From NCBI RefSeq assembly GCF_009914755.1, contig NC_060947.1: a DNA stretch of 64,000 nucleotides; one strand, written 5' to 3'. The notes beneath the pieces are model-generated. The model searched no databases, was not told the origin of the DNA, and saw only the letters and a program-made list of their open reading frames with translations. Shown one piece after another: positions 1 to 17,698 of the stretch. The stretch comes from the human T2T-CHM13v2.0 reference genome, Homo sapiens. A program made the translations under genes and the position numbers. Positions within the stretch are counted from its first letter, which is position 1. The number at the start of each line of letters is the position of its first letter.

Positions 1-1380
1 ATTGTGACTAGAGGAGATTCTTGATGTAACTTATATTATTTTTAAGTTTTAAAAACTTGTTTTGTGGCCTAAGATATGATTTATTCTGGAAAATATTCCA
101 TGTGCTGATGAAAAGAATTTTTATTCTCCAGCAATTGGGTGATATTATGTGTAAATATCTGTTAGGCCTATTAGATCTCACGTGTAGTGTAACCCCCTGT
201 TGCTTTTTTGATTTTCTGTCAAGGTGATCTGTCCATTACCAAGAGTGGGTTATTAAAGTCCTCTACTATTATTATAATGCAGTCTATCTCTCCCTTCAGA
301 TATATTAATGTTTGCTTTAGAGTGTTGTAAGCTCTGGTGTTGGATGCATAGATATTCATAAGTGGTATACCCTCCTTCTGAGTTGACTCTTTTATTATTA
401 TATAGTGACCTTACTTTAAAAAAGTCTTTGATTTACAGTCTATTGTATTAATATCAATATAAGCATGGCTACTCTTGATGTTTTTTGGTTTTCATTTCAA
501 TGGAATACCTTTTTCCATGCCTTTACTTCGGTCTGTGTGTGTCTTTGTAGGGTAAAGTGGGTTCCTTAAAGCAGCATATAATTGTGCCTTGTGTATTTTT
601 CTATTCAGCCACTTTATGTCTTTTAATTGAAGACGAGTCCATTTACATTCAGTGTTATTATTAATAAGTAAGGACTTACTACTGTCATTTTGTTGCTTGT
701 TTTCTGGTTGTTTTGAGACCCCTCTTTTCCTTTCTTCTTGTCTTACTCTCTTTCTTTGTGGATAAGTGATTATCACTGGAATTATGTTTTAATTTGTTGC
801 TTTTTTTTAGTGAATCTAAAAATCGGTTTTTGTGCTGTGGTTATTATTAGACTTAGAAAAATATTTTATAGATGTAACAAGCAATTTTAAAGAGAAAATG
901 ACTTACCTCAAATCACAAATGAAAGAAAAGAAAGAAACAAAGGGAGAATAACACAAAAAATCTACTCTTTTACTCCATCATCTCTCTTATTTTGACTTTT
1001 ACTTGCCTCAATTTACATATTTTTATATTGACTATCTATCTATTAAAAAGTTGTTGTAGCTATTATTGTTTTTGCTAAATTTTTATTTTGGGCTCTGTAC
1101 TAGAGTTATGAGTGGATTGCACACTGAAAATACAGCAATATTCTGGGTTCATGTATGTACTTTACTATCAGTGGGTTTTATGCCTTGAAAAGTTTTATTT
1201 TGCACATTAGTGCATTAGTGTTGTTTTCTTTCAGACTGAAGTACACCCTTTAGCATTCCTTATAATGCAGGTGTGGCAGTGGTGAATTCTATCAGCTTTC
1301 ATTTTTCTCTAAAATAATTTATCTTTCCTTCAAATTTGAATGAAAATTTTGTTGGATACAATATTCTTGGGTGAGAGGCT

Positions 1381-1565
1381 TTTTTTTAAAAAAATTATGC
1401 TTTAGGTTTTGGGATACATGTGCAGAATGTGCAGGTTAGTTACATAGGTATACACCCGCCATGGTGGTTTCCTGCACCCATCAACCTATTATCTACATTA
1501 GGTATTTATCCTAATGCTATCCTTCCCCTAGCCCCTGACCCCCGACAGGTGTGTGATGCTCCCTT
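1381..1565 (-). mobile_element. Short 5'-truncated L1PA7/8-type 3' end
   Basis: Sequence 'gggatacatgtgcagaatgtgcaggttagttacataggtatacac...catcaacc...ctacattaggtattt' matches an older L1PA 3'UTR. Confidence 0.75.
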
Positions 1566-1582
1566 CCAACAGGGTTTTTTTT

Positions 1583-2150
1583 TTTCTTCTTTTTTTTTTT
1601 TATTATACTTTAAGTTTTAGGGTACATGTGCACATTGTGCAGGTTAGTTACATATGTATACATGTGCCATGCTGGTGCGCTGCACCCACTAACTCGTCAT
1701 CTAGCATTAGGTATATCTCCCAATGCTATCCCTCCCCGCTCCCCCCACCCCACCACAGTCCCCAGAGTGTGATATTCCCCTTCATGTGTCCATGTGATCT
1801 CATTGTTCAATTCCCACCTATGAGTGAGAATATGCGGTGTTTGGTTTTTTGTTCTTGCGATAGTTTACTGAGAATGATGATTTCCAATTTCATCCATGTC
1901 CCTACAAAGGACATGAACTCATCATTTTTTATGTCTGCATAGTATTCCATGGTGTATATGTGCCACATTTTCTTAGTCCAGTCTATCATTGTTGGACATT
2001 TGTGTTGGTTCCAAGTCTTTGCTATTGTGAATAATGCCGCAATAAACATACGTGTGCATGTGTCTTTATAGCAGCATGATTTATAGTCATTTGGGTATAT
2101 ACCCAGTAATGGGATGGCTGGGTCAAATGGTATTTCTAGTTCTAGATCCC
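1583..2150 (-). mobile_element. 5'-truncated L1PA2-type element (~570 bp) with TSD
   Basis: The ORF2 C-terminus lies in ORF 1807-2175. The 3'UTR diagnostic is GAG (atgacGAGttagt). TSD CCAACAGGGTTTTTTTT at 1566-1582 and 2151-2167, followed by AAA, giving a TTTT/AA EN site. Confidence 0.92.
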
Positions 2151-4423
2151 CCAACAGGGTTTTTTTTAAAAGCACTTTGAAAATGTCATTTTTTTTCCTG
2201 CAGCATTTTTGGTTACCATTAAGAAATTTGTTGCCATATGAATTGAATCTCTTTTACATGTTATTTGCTACTTTTCTCTTGCTGCATATAGGATCTTTTT
2301 GTTCTTGCCTTTGAGAGTTTGATTGTTATTTCCTTTTGAGGTAGTCTTATTTGGGTTGAATCTGTTGTTATCAGACCTTCCTGTGTCTGGATATTTATAT
2401 ATTGCTCAAATTTTGGAAAATTTTTTGTTATTATTCCTTTAAATAACCTTTCCAGCCTTTGTTCTTGCTCAGCTCCCTCTTGAACACCAATAATTCTTAG
2501 ATTTGATCATTTAAAGTAATTTTCTACACCTTGTAGTTGATCTTCATTCCTTTTTATTCTTTTTTTATTTTTTGGCCTCTAAATGTGCACTTTCAAATAG
2601 CCAGTCTTCAAGCTCACTGATTCTTTCCTCTACTTGATCCATTCTACTGTTTTGAGCCTCTAATGACTTTGGATCAGCAAATGTGTTTCTCATTTCCAAC
2701 ATATCTTTTTATTATTTATGTCAGTTTCTTAGTCAAATTTTTCTGATAAATTTTTAATTTACTTTTTATTGTTATCTTGGAGATCAATAGGTTTCCTTAA
2801 AACTGCTACTTTGAACTCTTGGTCAGAGAGCTCACAAATTGCTATCTTGTTTTGGTCAGTCACTGGATTTTTGCTTTGTCATTTGGGGAAGGTTATGTTT
2901 CCATTTGCTGTAGTTTTCTGTGGTTATAAATCTATGTCTTTGCATTGAAGTATTTATTTTTTATTCCACTTTTCTTTATCTAGCTTGTTCTGGTTTTTAC
3001 TAGATATATTTGCTTAAGTTTTACTGTTTGCTTTAGGTTTACTGATAGGTTGCTGTCTCCTTTTTGGCTCTAGGTGGCACCCTAACCCCAGGTTTGTCTC
3101 AGCTCTAGTAAATTGTCAGAGCACTACCAGTTCCAAATGTGGAAGATCCTAAAGGGATTATCCCAGCAGAGTGGGAAGTCTGGCTGGATTTTTCCCTGGG
3201 GACCTGGAGAATGTACCTTCAGCCACTCTCATTTGGGATCTTTTTGGCTGACTTACAGAGCTGAATTTCCTGGCTAAGGATGCTAGTCCTTCTTCTTTCC
3301 TTTGTCTCTGCCTGTCCTCAGGGATAGTTCTCCCTCTGGATGTTGTGATAGTACCTATGAATTAAGGCACAAACAGTTTTTTTTTGTTTTTTGCCAAGGG
3401 AACCAAGAAGGTGAAAATGATGGTTGACCAGCTCAATTTTACTTTTCCCAGTGTAGAAATCATGAGTTGAGGTGAGTTACTCATTATGGTTGGTGCCTGG
3501 AAGAATGGAGGGGAGGGCATTGTGGATGTGAATTTCCAGATCTCCTACGGTCTGCTCAGAGTTTTTCCACTGCTCTGTGACCCTGATAACTGTCCACCCT
3601 TATACTTGAGCTCTGGGTTGTTGCCTGTGAAGATCTTGGTGCTATATATTTTTTTTTTGTTTTTGTTTTTCGTGGGTGAAAGAGAAACAAACTTGCTTCT
3701 ATATTGCCATGCTAGAATTGAAACTCTATAATTATTTTTGACATCTTGTGTTAAAACTTTAACTTCTTTAGGATTTCCCTGGACATTATTAGCCCTTAGT
3801 ATTTTTGCATATATCTCAGAATCTGCTAATTTTTATATATAATTTGTTTATAATCTACCATATCGCCATTTGATTTTTTAAATTTAAAAATTTTTAATTT
3901 ATGTGGGTACATAATAGGTGTATATGTTTATAAGGTATATGAGATATTTAGACACTGACAAGCAATGCATAATAATCACATCATGGAAGATGGGGTATTT
4001 ATCTCTTCAAGTATTTATTCTTTGTGTTACAAACGATTCAGTTATACTATTTTAGTTATTTTTACATACACAATTAAATTATTATTGATTATAGTCATCC
4101 AGTTGTGCTATCAAATACTAGGGCTTGTTCATTCATTTTAACTATATTTTGTACCCATTAACCATCCCCACCTCCCGCTCACTGCCCCACTACCTTTCGA
4201 AGCCTCTGACAACCGTCACTCTACTCTCTATCTCCATGGGTTCAATTGCTTTGATTTTGAGATTTCACAAAAAAAGTGACAACATGTGATGTTTGTCTTT
4301 CTGTGCCTGGCTTATTTCACGTAACATAATAAACTCCAGTTTCATCCGTGTATGGCAAATAACTGAATTTTATTTTCTAATAGCTGAATAGTACTCCGTT
4401 GTGTATATGTACATTTTCTTTTT

Positions 4424-6476
4424 CTTTTTTTAAATTTTACTTTAAGTTCTAGGATACAAGTGCACAATGTGTAGGTTTGTTACATAGGTATTGTGTGCCA
4501 TGGTAGTTTGCTGCACCTATTAACCCATCATCTAAGTTTTAAGCCCCACATGCATTAGCTATTTCTCTTAATGACTTTCCTCTCCTTACCTCCCATCCCC
4601 AGACTGGCCCCGGTGTGTATCGTTTCCCTTCCTGTGTCCATTTGCTCTCATTGTTCAACTCCCACTTATGAGTGAGAACATGTAGTGTTTGGCTTTCTGT
4701 TCCTGTGTTAGTTTGCTGAGGATGATGGCTTCCAGATTCATCCATGTCCCTGCAAAGCTCATGATCTCATTCCTTTTTATGGCTGCATAGTATTTCATGG
4801 TGTATATGTACCATATTTTCTTTATCCAGTCTAGAATTGTTGGGCATTTGGGTTGATTCTATGTCTTTGCTATTGTAAATAGTGCTGCAATAAACTTACA
4901 TATGCATGTGTCTTTATAGTAGAATGATTTATATTCATTTGGATATATACCCAGTAATGGGATCATTGGGTCAAGTGGTATTTCTGGTTCTAGATCCTTG
5001 ATGAGTCACCACATTGTCTTCCACAATGGTTGAACTAATTTGCATTTCTAGCAACAGTGTAAAAGAGTTCCTCTTTATCCACACCCTCACCACCATCTAT
5101 TGTTTCTTGACTTTTAAATAATTGCCATTCCAACTGGCGTGAGATGGTATCTCATTGTGGTTTTGATTTGCATTTCTCTAATGATCAGTGATGTTGAGCC
5201 TTTTTTCATATATTTGTGGGTCACATAAATGTTTTCTTTTGAGAAGTGTCTGTTTACATCCTTTGCCAACTTTTTGACGAGAATGTTTGCTTTTTCTTGT
5301 AAATATAAGTTCCTTGTAGATTCTGGATATTAGACCTTTGTCAGATAGGTGGATTGCAAAGATTTTCTCCCATTCTGTAGGTTGCCTGTTCACTCTGATG
5401 ATAGTTTATTTGCTGTGCAGAAGCTCTGTAGTTTAATTAGATCCCATTGCCAATTTTGGCTTTTGTTGAATTTGCTTTTGGCATTTTCATCAAGAATTGT
5501 TTGCCAATGCCTATTTCCTAAATGGTATTGCCTAGGTTTTCTTCTAGGGTTTTTATGGTTTGGGGTTTTACATTTAAGTCTTTAATCCATGGATGTCTTG
5601 TCTCAACATTCCTATTCAACATAGTATTGGAAGTTCTGGCCAGGACAATCAGACAAGAGAAAGAAATAAAGCATATACAAATAGGAAGAGAGGAAGTCAA
5701 ATTGTCTCTGTTTGCAGATGACATAATAATATATTTAGAAAATCCCATCATCTCAGCCCAAAAACTCCTTAAGCTTATAAGCAACTTCAGCCAAGTCTCA
5801 GGATTCAAAATCGATGTGCAAAAATCACAAGCATTCTTAGACACCAACAATAGGCAAGCAGAGAGACAAATCATGAATGAACTCCCATTCACAATTGTTA
5901 AAAGGAGAACAAAATACCTAGGAATACAGCTAACAAGGGATGTGAAGGAACAAGGAGAACTACAAACCACTGCTCACGGAAATAAGAGAGGACACCAACA
6001 AATGGAAAAACATTCCATCCTCATGGATAGGAAGTATCAATATTATGAAAATGGCTATACTGCCCAAAGTAATTTATAGATTCGATGCTATTCCCTTCAA
6101 ACTACCATTGACATTCTTCACAGAGTTAGAAAAACATACTTTAAATTTTATAGGGAACCAAAAAGGAGCCCATATAGCCAAGACCATCCTAAGCAAAAAG
6201 AACAAAGCTGAAGACATCATGTTACCTGACTTCAAACTATATTACAAGGCTACAGTAACCAAAACAGCATGGTACTGGTACAAAAACAGACATATAGACC
6301 AATGGAACAGAACACAGACCTCAGAAGTAACACTACACATCTACAACCATCTGATCTTTGAGAACTCTGACAAAAACAAGCAATGCAGAAAGCATTCCCT
6401 ATTTAATAAATGGTGCTGGGAAAACTGGCTAGCCATATGCAGAAAACTGAAACTGGACCACTTCCTTACACCTTAC
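4424..6476 (-). mobile_element. L1PA8-type element with 5' inversion (minus 4424-5590, inverted plus segment 5591-6476)
   Basis: Minus-strand 3'UTR and ORF2 end, then plus-strand RT ORFs 5522-6079 (FADD) and 6045-6515. TSD ACATTT(T/C)CTTTTT at 4411-4423 and 6477-6489. Confidence 0.9.
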
Positions 6477-9473
6477 ACATTTCCTTTTTGCATTAGTCTA
6501 TTAAGAGACACTTAGATTGTTTCCAAATCTCGGCTATTGTTAACAGCATTACAACAAATATGGGAGTGCAGATATTTCTTTGACATACTGGTTTTCATAC
6601 TTTGGGTATATACCCAGCTGTAGTATTGCTGGACTGCATGGTAGTTCTATTTTTAGATTTCATTTTGGAGGATTCTCCAAACTGTTCCCCATAGTGGCTG
6701 TACTAATTTAGATTTCCACCAACAGTGTATGAGTGTTCCCTTTTCTCCACATTCTTTCCAGTGTTGCCTATCTTTTGGATATAAGCCATTTTAACGGGAG
6801 CGAGTTGATATCTTATTGTAGTTTTGATTTGCATTTCTCTGATCGTGAATGGTGTTGAGCACCTTTTCATATGCCTGTTGTCATTTCTATATTTTCTTTT
6901 GAGAAATGTGTATACCAATCTTTGTGCACTTTTTGATTGAATTATTAAATTTTTCCCTATAGAGTTGTTTGAGCTCCATGCATATTCTGATTATTAATCC
7001 CTTGTTATATGGGTAGTTTGCAAATATTTTCTTCCATTCTGTGAACTGTCTCTTCACTTTGTTGATTGTATCATTTGCTTTGCAGAAGCTCTTTAACATG
7101 ATGTGATCCAATTTGTTGATGTTTGCTTTGCGTGCCTGTGCTTGTGGTGCATTGCTTGACAAATCTTTGCCCAGAGTAATGTTCTGGAGATTTTCCTGAA
7201 CATTTTCTTGAAGTAGTTTTATAAACTGAAGTGTTAGACTGAAGTCTTTGATTCGTTTTGATCTAGTTTTTGTGTAGGGTGAAAGATAGAGGACTAGTTT
7301 TATTCTTCTGCATATGGAGATCCCGTTTTTCTTCACCATTTATTGAAAAACAATAAACATACACTGTCTTTTCCCCAGTGTATTTTTGGCACCTTTATTA
7401 AAAGTGAATTTGCTGTAGGTGTATGTATTTATTTCTTGCTTCTCTATTCTGTTCCATTGGTCTGTCTGTTTTTATGCCAGCACCTTGCTGTTTTGGTTAC
7501 TATAGCTCTGTAGTATAATTTGAAGTCAGGTAATGTGACTGCTCCAGTTTTATTATTTCTGCTTAGGATAGCTTTGGCTATGCTGTGTTTTTGTAGTTCC
7601 ATATAAATTTGAGAATGTTTTTTATTTACCTGAAGAATGTCTTTAGTATTTTGATAAGAATTGCATTGAATCTGGAGATTGCTGTAAGTAGTAAGGACAT
7701 TTTAAAAATATTGAATCTTCCATTCCATAAACATGAAATGTATTTCTATTTTTTATGTTCCTTTCAATTTCTTTCATCAGTGTTTGATAGTTCTTATTAT
7801 AGAGATTTTTCACTTTTCTGGTTAGGTTAATTTAATGTGTGGCTATTGTATTAACAAACGGGATTGGTTTTTAATTTTTTTCACATTGTTTACTGTGGCA
7901 TATGAAAACGTGACTGATTTATGTATGTTGATATTGTATCCTGCCAGTTTACTGAATTTGTTTATCAGTTCTAATAGTTTATTTTTGGGGAGCCCTTATT
8001 TTTTTCCATATATAATATCATATTATATGTAAACAAGGATAATTTGACTTCTTTTTTTCCATTGTGAATGTCCTTTATATCTTTATCCTGTCTGATTCCT
8101 CTAGTTAGAATTTCCAGTATTATGTTGAGTAACAGTGATGAAAGTGGGCATCCTTGTCTTGTTGCAGATCTTAGAGGAAAGGCTTTCAGTTTTTTGCCAT
8201 TTGGTATGGTACTCACTGTGGGTCTTTCATAGATAACTCTTATTACATTGATGTATGTCCCTTCTGTACCATGTTTTTTGAGAGTTCTTTTCTAATAGTG
8301 AAGGGAGGTTACATTTTATCAAATGCTTTTTTAGCCTTAATTAAATAATTATATGGTTTTATCCTTCATTCTGTTGATATGGTGTATCACATTGATTGAT
8401 TTGCATATGTTGAAGCATTTTTGTATCCCAGAAATAAATCCCACTTGGCCATATTGTATATTCTATCTAACTATTGTTGAATTTCGTTTGCCAGTATTTT
8501 GTTGAAGATTTTTGCATCAATATTCATCAGTGATATTGACTCATAGTTTTCTTTTGGTTTGTTTTTTATTTTTATGTGACTTTGTTTGGTTTTGGTATTA
8601 GGGTACTAGTGGCTTTGTAGAATGAGTTTGAAAGTATAACCTCCTCCTCTATTTTTCAGAATAGTTTGAGTTTAATTGGTATTATTTCTTTAAATGTTTG
8701 GTAAAATTCAGTAGTGAAGCCATTGGGTTCCAGGCTTTTCTTTACTGGGAGACTTTTTATTACAGCTTTAATCTCATTACTTGTTAGTGATCTCAGGATT
8801 TTTATATCTTTCTGGAGGTTCTATCTTGGTAGGTTGAATGTGTCTGGGAATTTTTCCATTTCTTCTAGATTTCCCAATTTATTGTCGTATAGTTGCCCAT
8901 AGTAGCCACTTATAATCCTTTGAAATTCCATGGTATCAGTCATTATGTCTTCTTTTTTATTTTGATTTATTTGTATTATCTCTCTTTTTGTCTTGATTAG
9001 GCTAACAATTGGTCTATTTTGTTTAACTTTTCAAAAAACCAACTTTTTGTTGCACTGATCTTTTGAATTGGTTCTTCATTTCAATTTTATTTATTTCTGC
9101 TCTGATCTTAATTTTTTTCTTCTACTAACTTTGTATTTGACTTGCTCTTGCTTTTGTGATTTTAATATGCATTGTTAGATTGTTTATTTTGAGTTTTTCT
9201 CTTTTTTGATGTAGGCATTTAGAGCTATAAACTTTCGTCTTTGTACTGCTTTCACTGTATACCTTAGGTTTTATATATCATGCCCCCATTATTATTTGTT
9301 TCAAGATGTCTTTCCATTTTCTTCTAAATTTTTTCAATGATGCAGTAGATATTCAGGAGCATATTGTGCAATCTTCATGTATTTGTATATTTTCCAAAAC
9401 TGCTCTTTTTTTCTGATTTTGATTTCTAATTCTATTTCATTATGGTTAGAGAAAATACTTGACATTATTTTAA

Positions 9474-9777
<304 letters not shown>

Positions 9778-10689
9778 TAAAATGTTTTAAGACTTGTCTT
9801 GTGGCCTAACATATGGTCTGTCTTTGAGAATAATCCATGTGCTGATGAATATAACATGTATTCTGCAGCCATTTGATGAAATATTCCATAAATGTCTTCT
9901 ACATTTATTTGGTATATAGTTCAGACTATGTTTCTTTGTTGATTTTTCATCTGGATGTTCTGTCCAGTGCTGAGAATGAGGTATTGAAGTATCCAGCTAT
10001 TATTGGATTGGAGTCAATCTCTCTCTTTAGCTTTAATAATATTTGTTTTATATGTCTGGGTGCTCTAGTGTTGGGTGCATATATATTTAAATTTGTTATG
10101 TTCTCTTGCTCAATTGACCATTTTATTGTTATATAGAGATATCAATTGTCTCTTTTGATAGTTTTTTGTCTTGAAATCTATTATGTCTGATATAAGCATA
10201 GCTACTTCTGCTATTTTTTTTGTTGTCATTGGCATAGAATATCTTTTTTCCATCCCTTTATTTTTACTCTGTGTGTTTTTATAGGTGAAGTGTGCTTCCT
10301 GTAGGCAGCAGATCAATGGGCATTGTGCTTTCACCTGTTAAACCACTCTATGGCTTTTAATTGGAGATTTAGTTCATTTACATTCTATGCTACTAATGAT
10401 AAAGGTAAAGACTTGCTTCTGTCATTTTGTTATTTGCTTTCTGCTGTTTTGTGGTCTTTTCTTCCTTCTTTTTTTCTTCCTGCCTTTCTCTTAGTGAAGT
10501 TGGTTTTCTCCATTGATATAATTTAGTTTTTTGCTTTTTATTTTTTGTATGTGTGTTATATGTTTTTTTGCTTTGAGGTTACTATGAGCCTTGCAAACAC
10601 TATCTTATAACCCATTATTTTAAGCTGATGACAACTGAACACTGTTTGCATAAACAAACAAACAACAACAGCAACAACAAAAACCTAAT

Positions 10690-10977
10690 GGCCAGGCATA
10701 GTGGCTCACTTCTGTAATCTTAGCACTTCAGGAGACCAAGGTGGGTGGAACACCTAGGTCAGGGATTGAAGACTAGTCTGGACAACATGGTGAAACCCTC
10801 TCTCTACTAAAAATACAAAAATCATCCAGGTGTGGCAGCACATGCCTGTAATCTAAGCTACTTAAGAGGTTGAGGCTGGAGAATCACTTGAACTCAGAAG
10901 GTGGAGGTTGCAGTGAGATGAGATTGCACCACTGCAGTCCAGCCTGGGCAACAGACTGAGACTCCATCTCAAAAAAT
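10690..10977 (+). mobile_element. AluS element (diverged)
   Basis: ggccaggcatagtggctcac...tactaaaaatacaaaaat...gagactccatctcaaaaaa. Confidence 0.93.
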
Positions 10978-12795
10978 GAACAAGAAAAACTAAAAAACTG
11001 ACATCTCTACACCTCGACTTCATCTCCCTGTTTTTTAACTTTTTCTTGTATATATTAGTATCTTATTCTACTGATATGTCTTAAAAAGTTGTTGTAGTTA
11101 TTCTTTTTGATTGATTCATTGTTTAGTCTTTCTTTTTTTCTCTTTTTTTATTATTATACTTTAAGTTCTGAGGTATATGTGCAGGACATGCAGGTTAGTT
11201 ACATGGATATACACGTGCCATGGTCGTTTGCTGCACCCATCAACCCGTCATTGACATTAGGTATTTCTCCTAATGCTATCCCAAACCTAGCCCCCAACCC
11301 CCTGACAGGCCCTGGTGTGTGACATTCACCTCCCTGTGTCCATGTGTTCTCATTACTCAATTCCCACTTATGAGTGAGAACATTCTGTGTTTAGTTTTCT
11401 TTTCCTGTGTTAGTTTCCTGAGAAAGATGGTTTCCAGCTTTATTCATGCCCCTGCAAAAACCATGAACTCGTCTCTTTTTATGGCTGAATAGCATTCCGT
11501 GTTGTACATGTGCCACATTTTCTTAGTTCAGTCTGTCATTGATGGACATTTGGATTGGTTCCAAGTCTTTGCTATTGTGAATAGTGCCACAAGGAGCATA
11601 CATATGCATGTGTCTTTATCATAGAATGATTTATAATCCTTTGGGTACATACCCAGTAATGAGATTGCTGGGTCAAATGGTATTTCTAGTTCTCGATCCT
11701 TAAAGAGTTGCCACGCTGTCTTCCACAATGGTTGAACTAAATTACACTCCCACCAACATTGTGAAATCATTCCTATTTTTGCACAATCTCTCCAGCATCT
11801 GTTGTTTCATGACTTTTTAATGATCGCCATTCTAACTAGCGTGAGATGGTATCTCAGTGTGGTTTTGATTTACATTTCCCTAATAACCAGTGATGAGAGA
11901 GGAGCCAAGATGGCCGAATAGGAACAGCTCCAGTCTACAGCTCCCAGCGTGAGCGACACAGAAGACGGATGATTTCTGCATTTCCATCTGAGGTACCAGG
12001 TTCATCTCATTAGGGAGTGCCAGACAGTGGGTGCAGGTCAGTGGGTGTGTGCACTGTGCATGAGCCGAAGCAGGGCAAGGCATTGCCTCACTCGGGAAGC
12101 ACAAGGGGTCAGGGAGTTCCCTTTCCTAGTCAAAGAAAGTGGTGACAGATGGCACCTGGAAAATCGGGTCACTCCCACCCGAAAACTGCACTTTTCCGAT
12201 GGGCTTAAAAAACGGCACACCAGGAGATTATATCCCACACATGGCTCAGAGAGTTCTATGCCCACGGAGTCTTGCTGATTGCTAGCACAGCGGTCTGAGA
12301 TCAAACTGCAAGGCAGCAGCTAGGCTGGGGAAGGGCGCCCGCCATTGCCCAGGGTTGTTTAGGTAAACAAAGCATCCCAGAAACTCACACTGGGTGGAGA
12401 CCACCACAGCTCAAGGAGGCCTGCCTGCTAGGCTTCACCTCTGGGGGCAGGGCACAGACAAACAAAAAGACAGCAGTAACCTCTGCAGACTTAAATGTCC
12501 CTGTCTGACAGCTTTGAAGAGAGCAATGGTTCTCCCAGCACGCAGCTGGAGATCTGAGAACAGGCAGACTGCTTCCTCAAGTGGGTCCCTGACCCCTGAC
12601 CCCCGAGCAGCCTAACTGGGAGGCACCCCCCAGCAGGGGCACACTGACACCTCACATGGCCCGGTAATCCAACAGACCTGCAGCCGAGGGTCCTGTCTGT
12701 TAGAAGGAAAACTAACAAACAGAAAGGACATCCACACCAAAAACCCATCTGTACATCACCATCATCAAAGACCAAAAGTAGATAAAACCACAAAG

Positions 12796-13812
12796 ATGGG
12801 GAAAAAACGGAGCAGAAAAACTGGAAACTCTAAAAAGCAGAGCGCCTCTCCTCCTACAAAGGAACGCAGTTCCTCACCAGCAACAGAACAAAGCTGGACG
12901 GAGAATGACTTTGACGAGCTGAGAAAAGAAGGCTTCAGACAATCAAATTACTCCGAGCTATGGGAGGAAATTCAAACCAAAGGCAAAGAAGATGAAAACT
13001 TTGAAAAAAGTTTAGAAGAATGTATAGCTAGAATAACTAATACAGAGAAGTGCTTAAAGGAGCTGATGGAGCTGAAAACCAAGGCTCGAGAACTACGTGA
13101 AGAATGCAGAAGCCTCAGGAGCAGATGTGATCAATGGGAAGAAAGGTTATCAGTGATGGAAGATGAAATGAATGAAATGAAGTGAGAAGGGAAGTTTAGA
13201 GAAAAAAGAATAAAAAGAAATGAGCAAAGCCTCCAAGAAATATGGGACTATGTGAAAAGACCAAATCTACATCTGATTGGTGTACCTGAAAGTGATGAGG
13301 AGAATGGAACCAAGTTGGAAAACACTCTGCAGGATATTATCCAGGAGAACTTCCCCAATCTAGCAAGGCAGGCCAACATTCAGATTCAGGAAATACAGAG
13401 AATGCCACAAAGATAATCCTAGAGAAGAGCAACTCCAAGATACATAATTGTCAGACTCACCAAAGTTGAAATGAAGGAAAAAATGTTAAGGGCAGCCAGA
13501 GAGAAAGGTCAGGTTACCCACAAAGGGAAGCCCATCAGACTAACAGCGGATCTCTCAGCAGAAACTCTACAAGCCAGAAGACAGTGGGGGCCAATATTCA
13601 ACATTCCTAAAGAAAAGAATTTTCAACCCAGAATTTCATATCCAGCCAAATTAAGCTTCATAAGTGAAGGAGAAATAAAATACTTTACAGACAAGCAAAT
13701 GCTGAGAGATTTTGTCACCGCCAGGCCTGCCCTAAAAGAGCTCCTGAAGGAAGCGCTAACCATGGAAAGGAACAACCAATACCAGCCACTGCAAAATCAT
13801 GCCAAAATGTAA
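12796..13812 (+). pseudogene. L1PA3 ORF1, nonsense-disrupted
   Basis: CGA>TGA at 13183-13185 and a further stop near 13414. The C-terminal piece 13471-13812 ends NHAKM. Confidence 0.92.
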
Positions 13813-13860
13813 AGACCATCGAGACTAGGAAAACACTGCATGAACTAACGAGCAAAATAA

Positions 13861-17698
<3,838 letters not shown>

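Larger units (their letters stand above)
1..3725 (-). mobile_element. Old L1M element (ORF2 endonuclease region, inter-ORF, ORF1 and 5' region), interrupted at 1381-2167
   Basis: Degenerate antisense L1 EN-region sequence at 30-700. The host resumes after 2167 (agcactttgaaaatgtcatt). A 5'-end-like 'tattgccatgct' lies near 3703. Confidence 0.75.
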
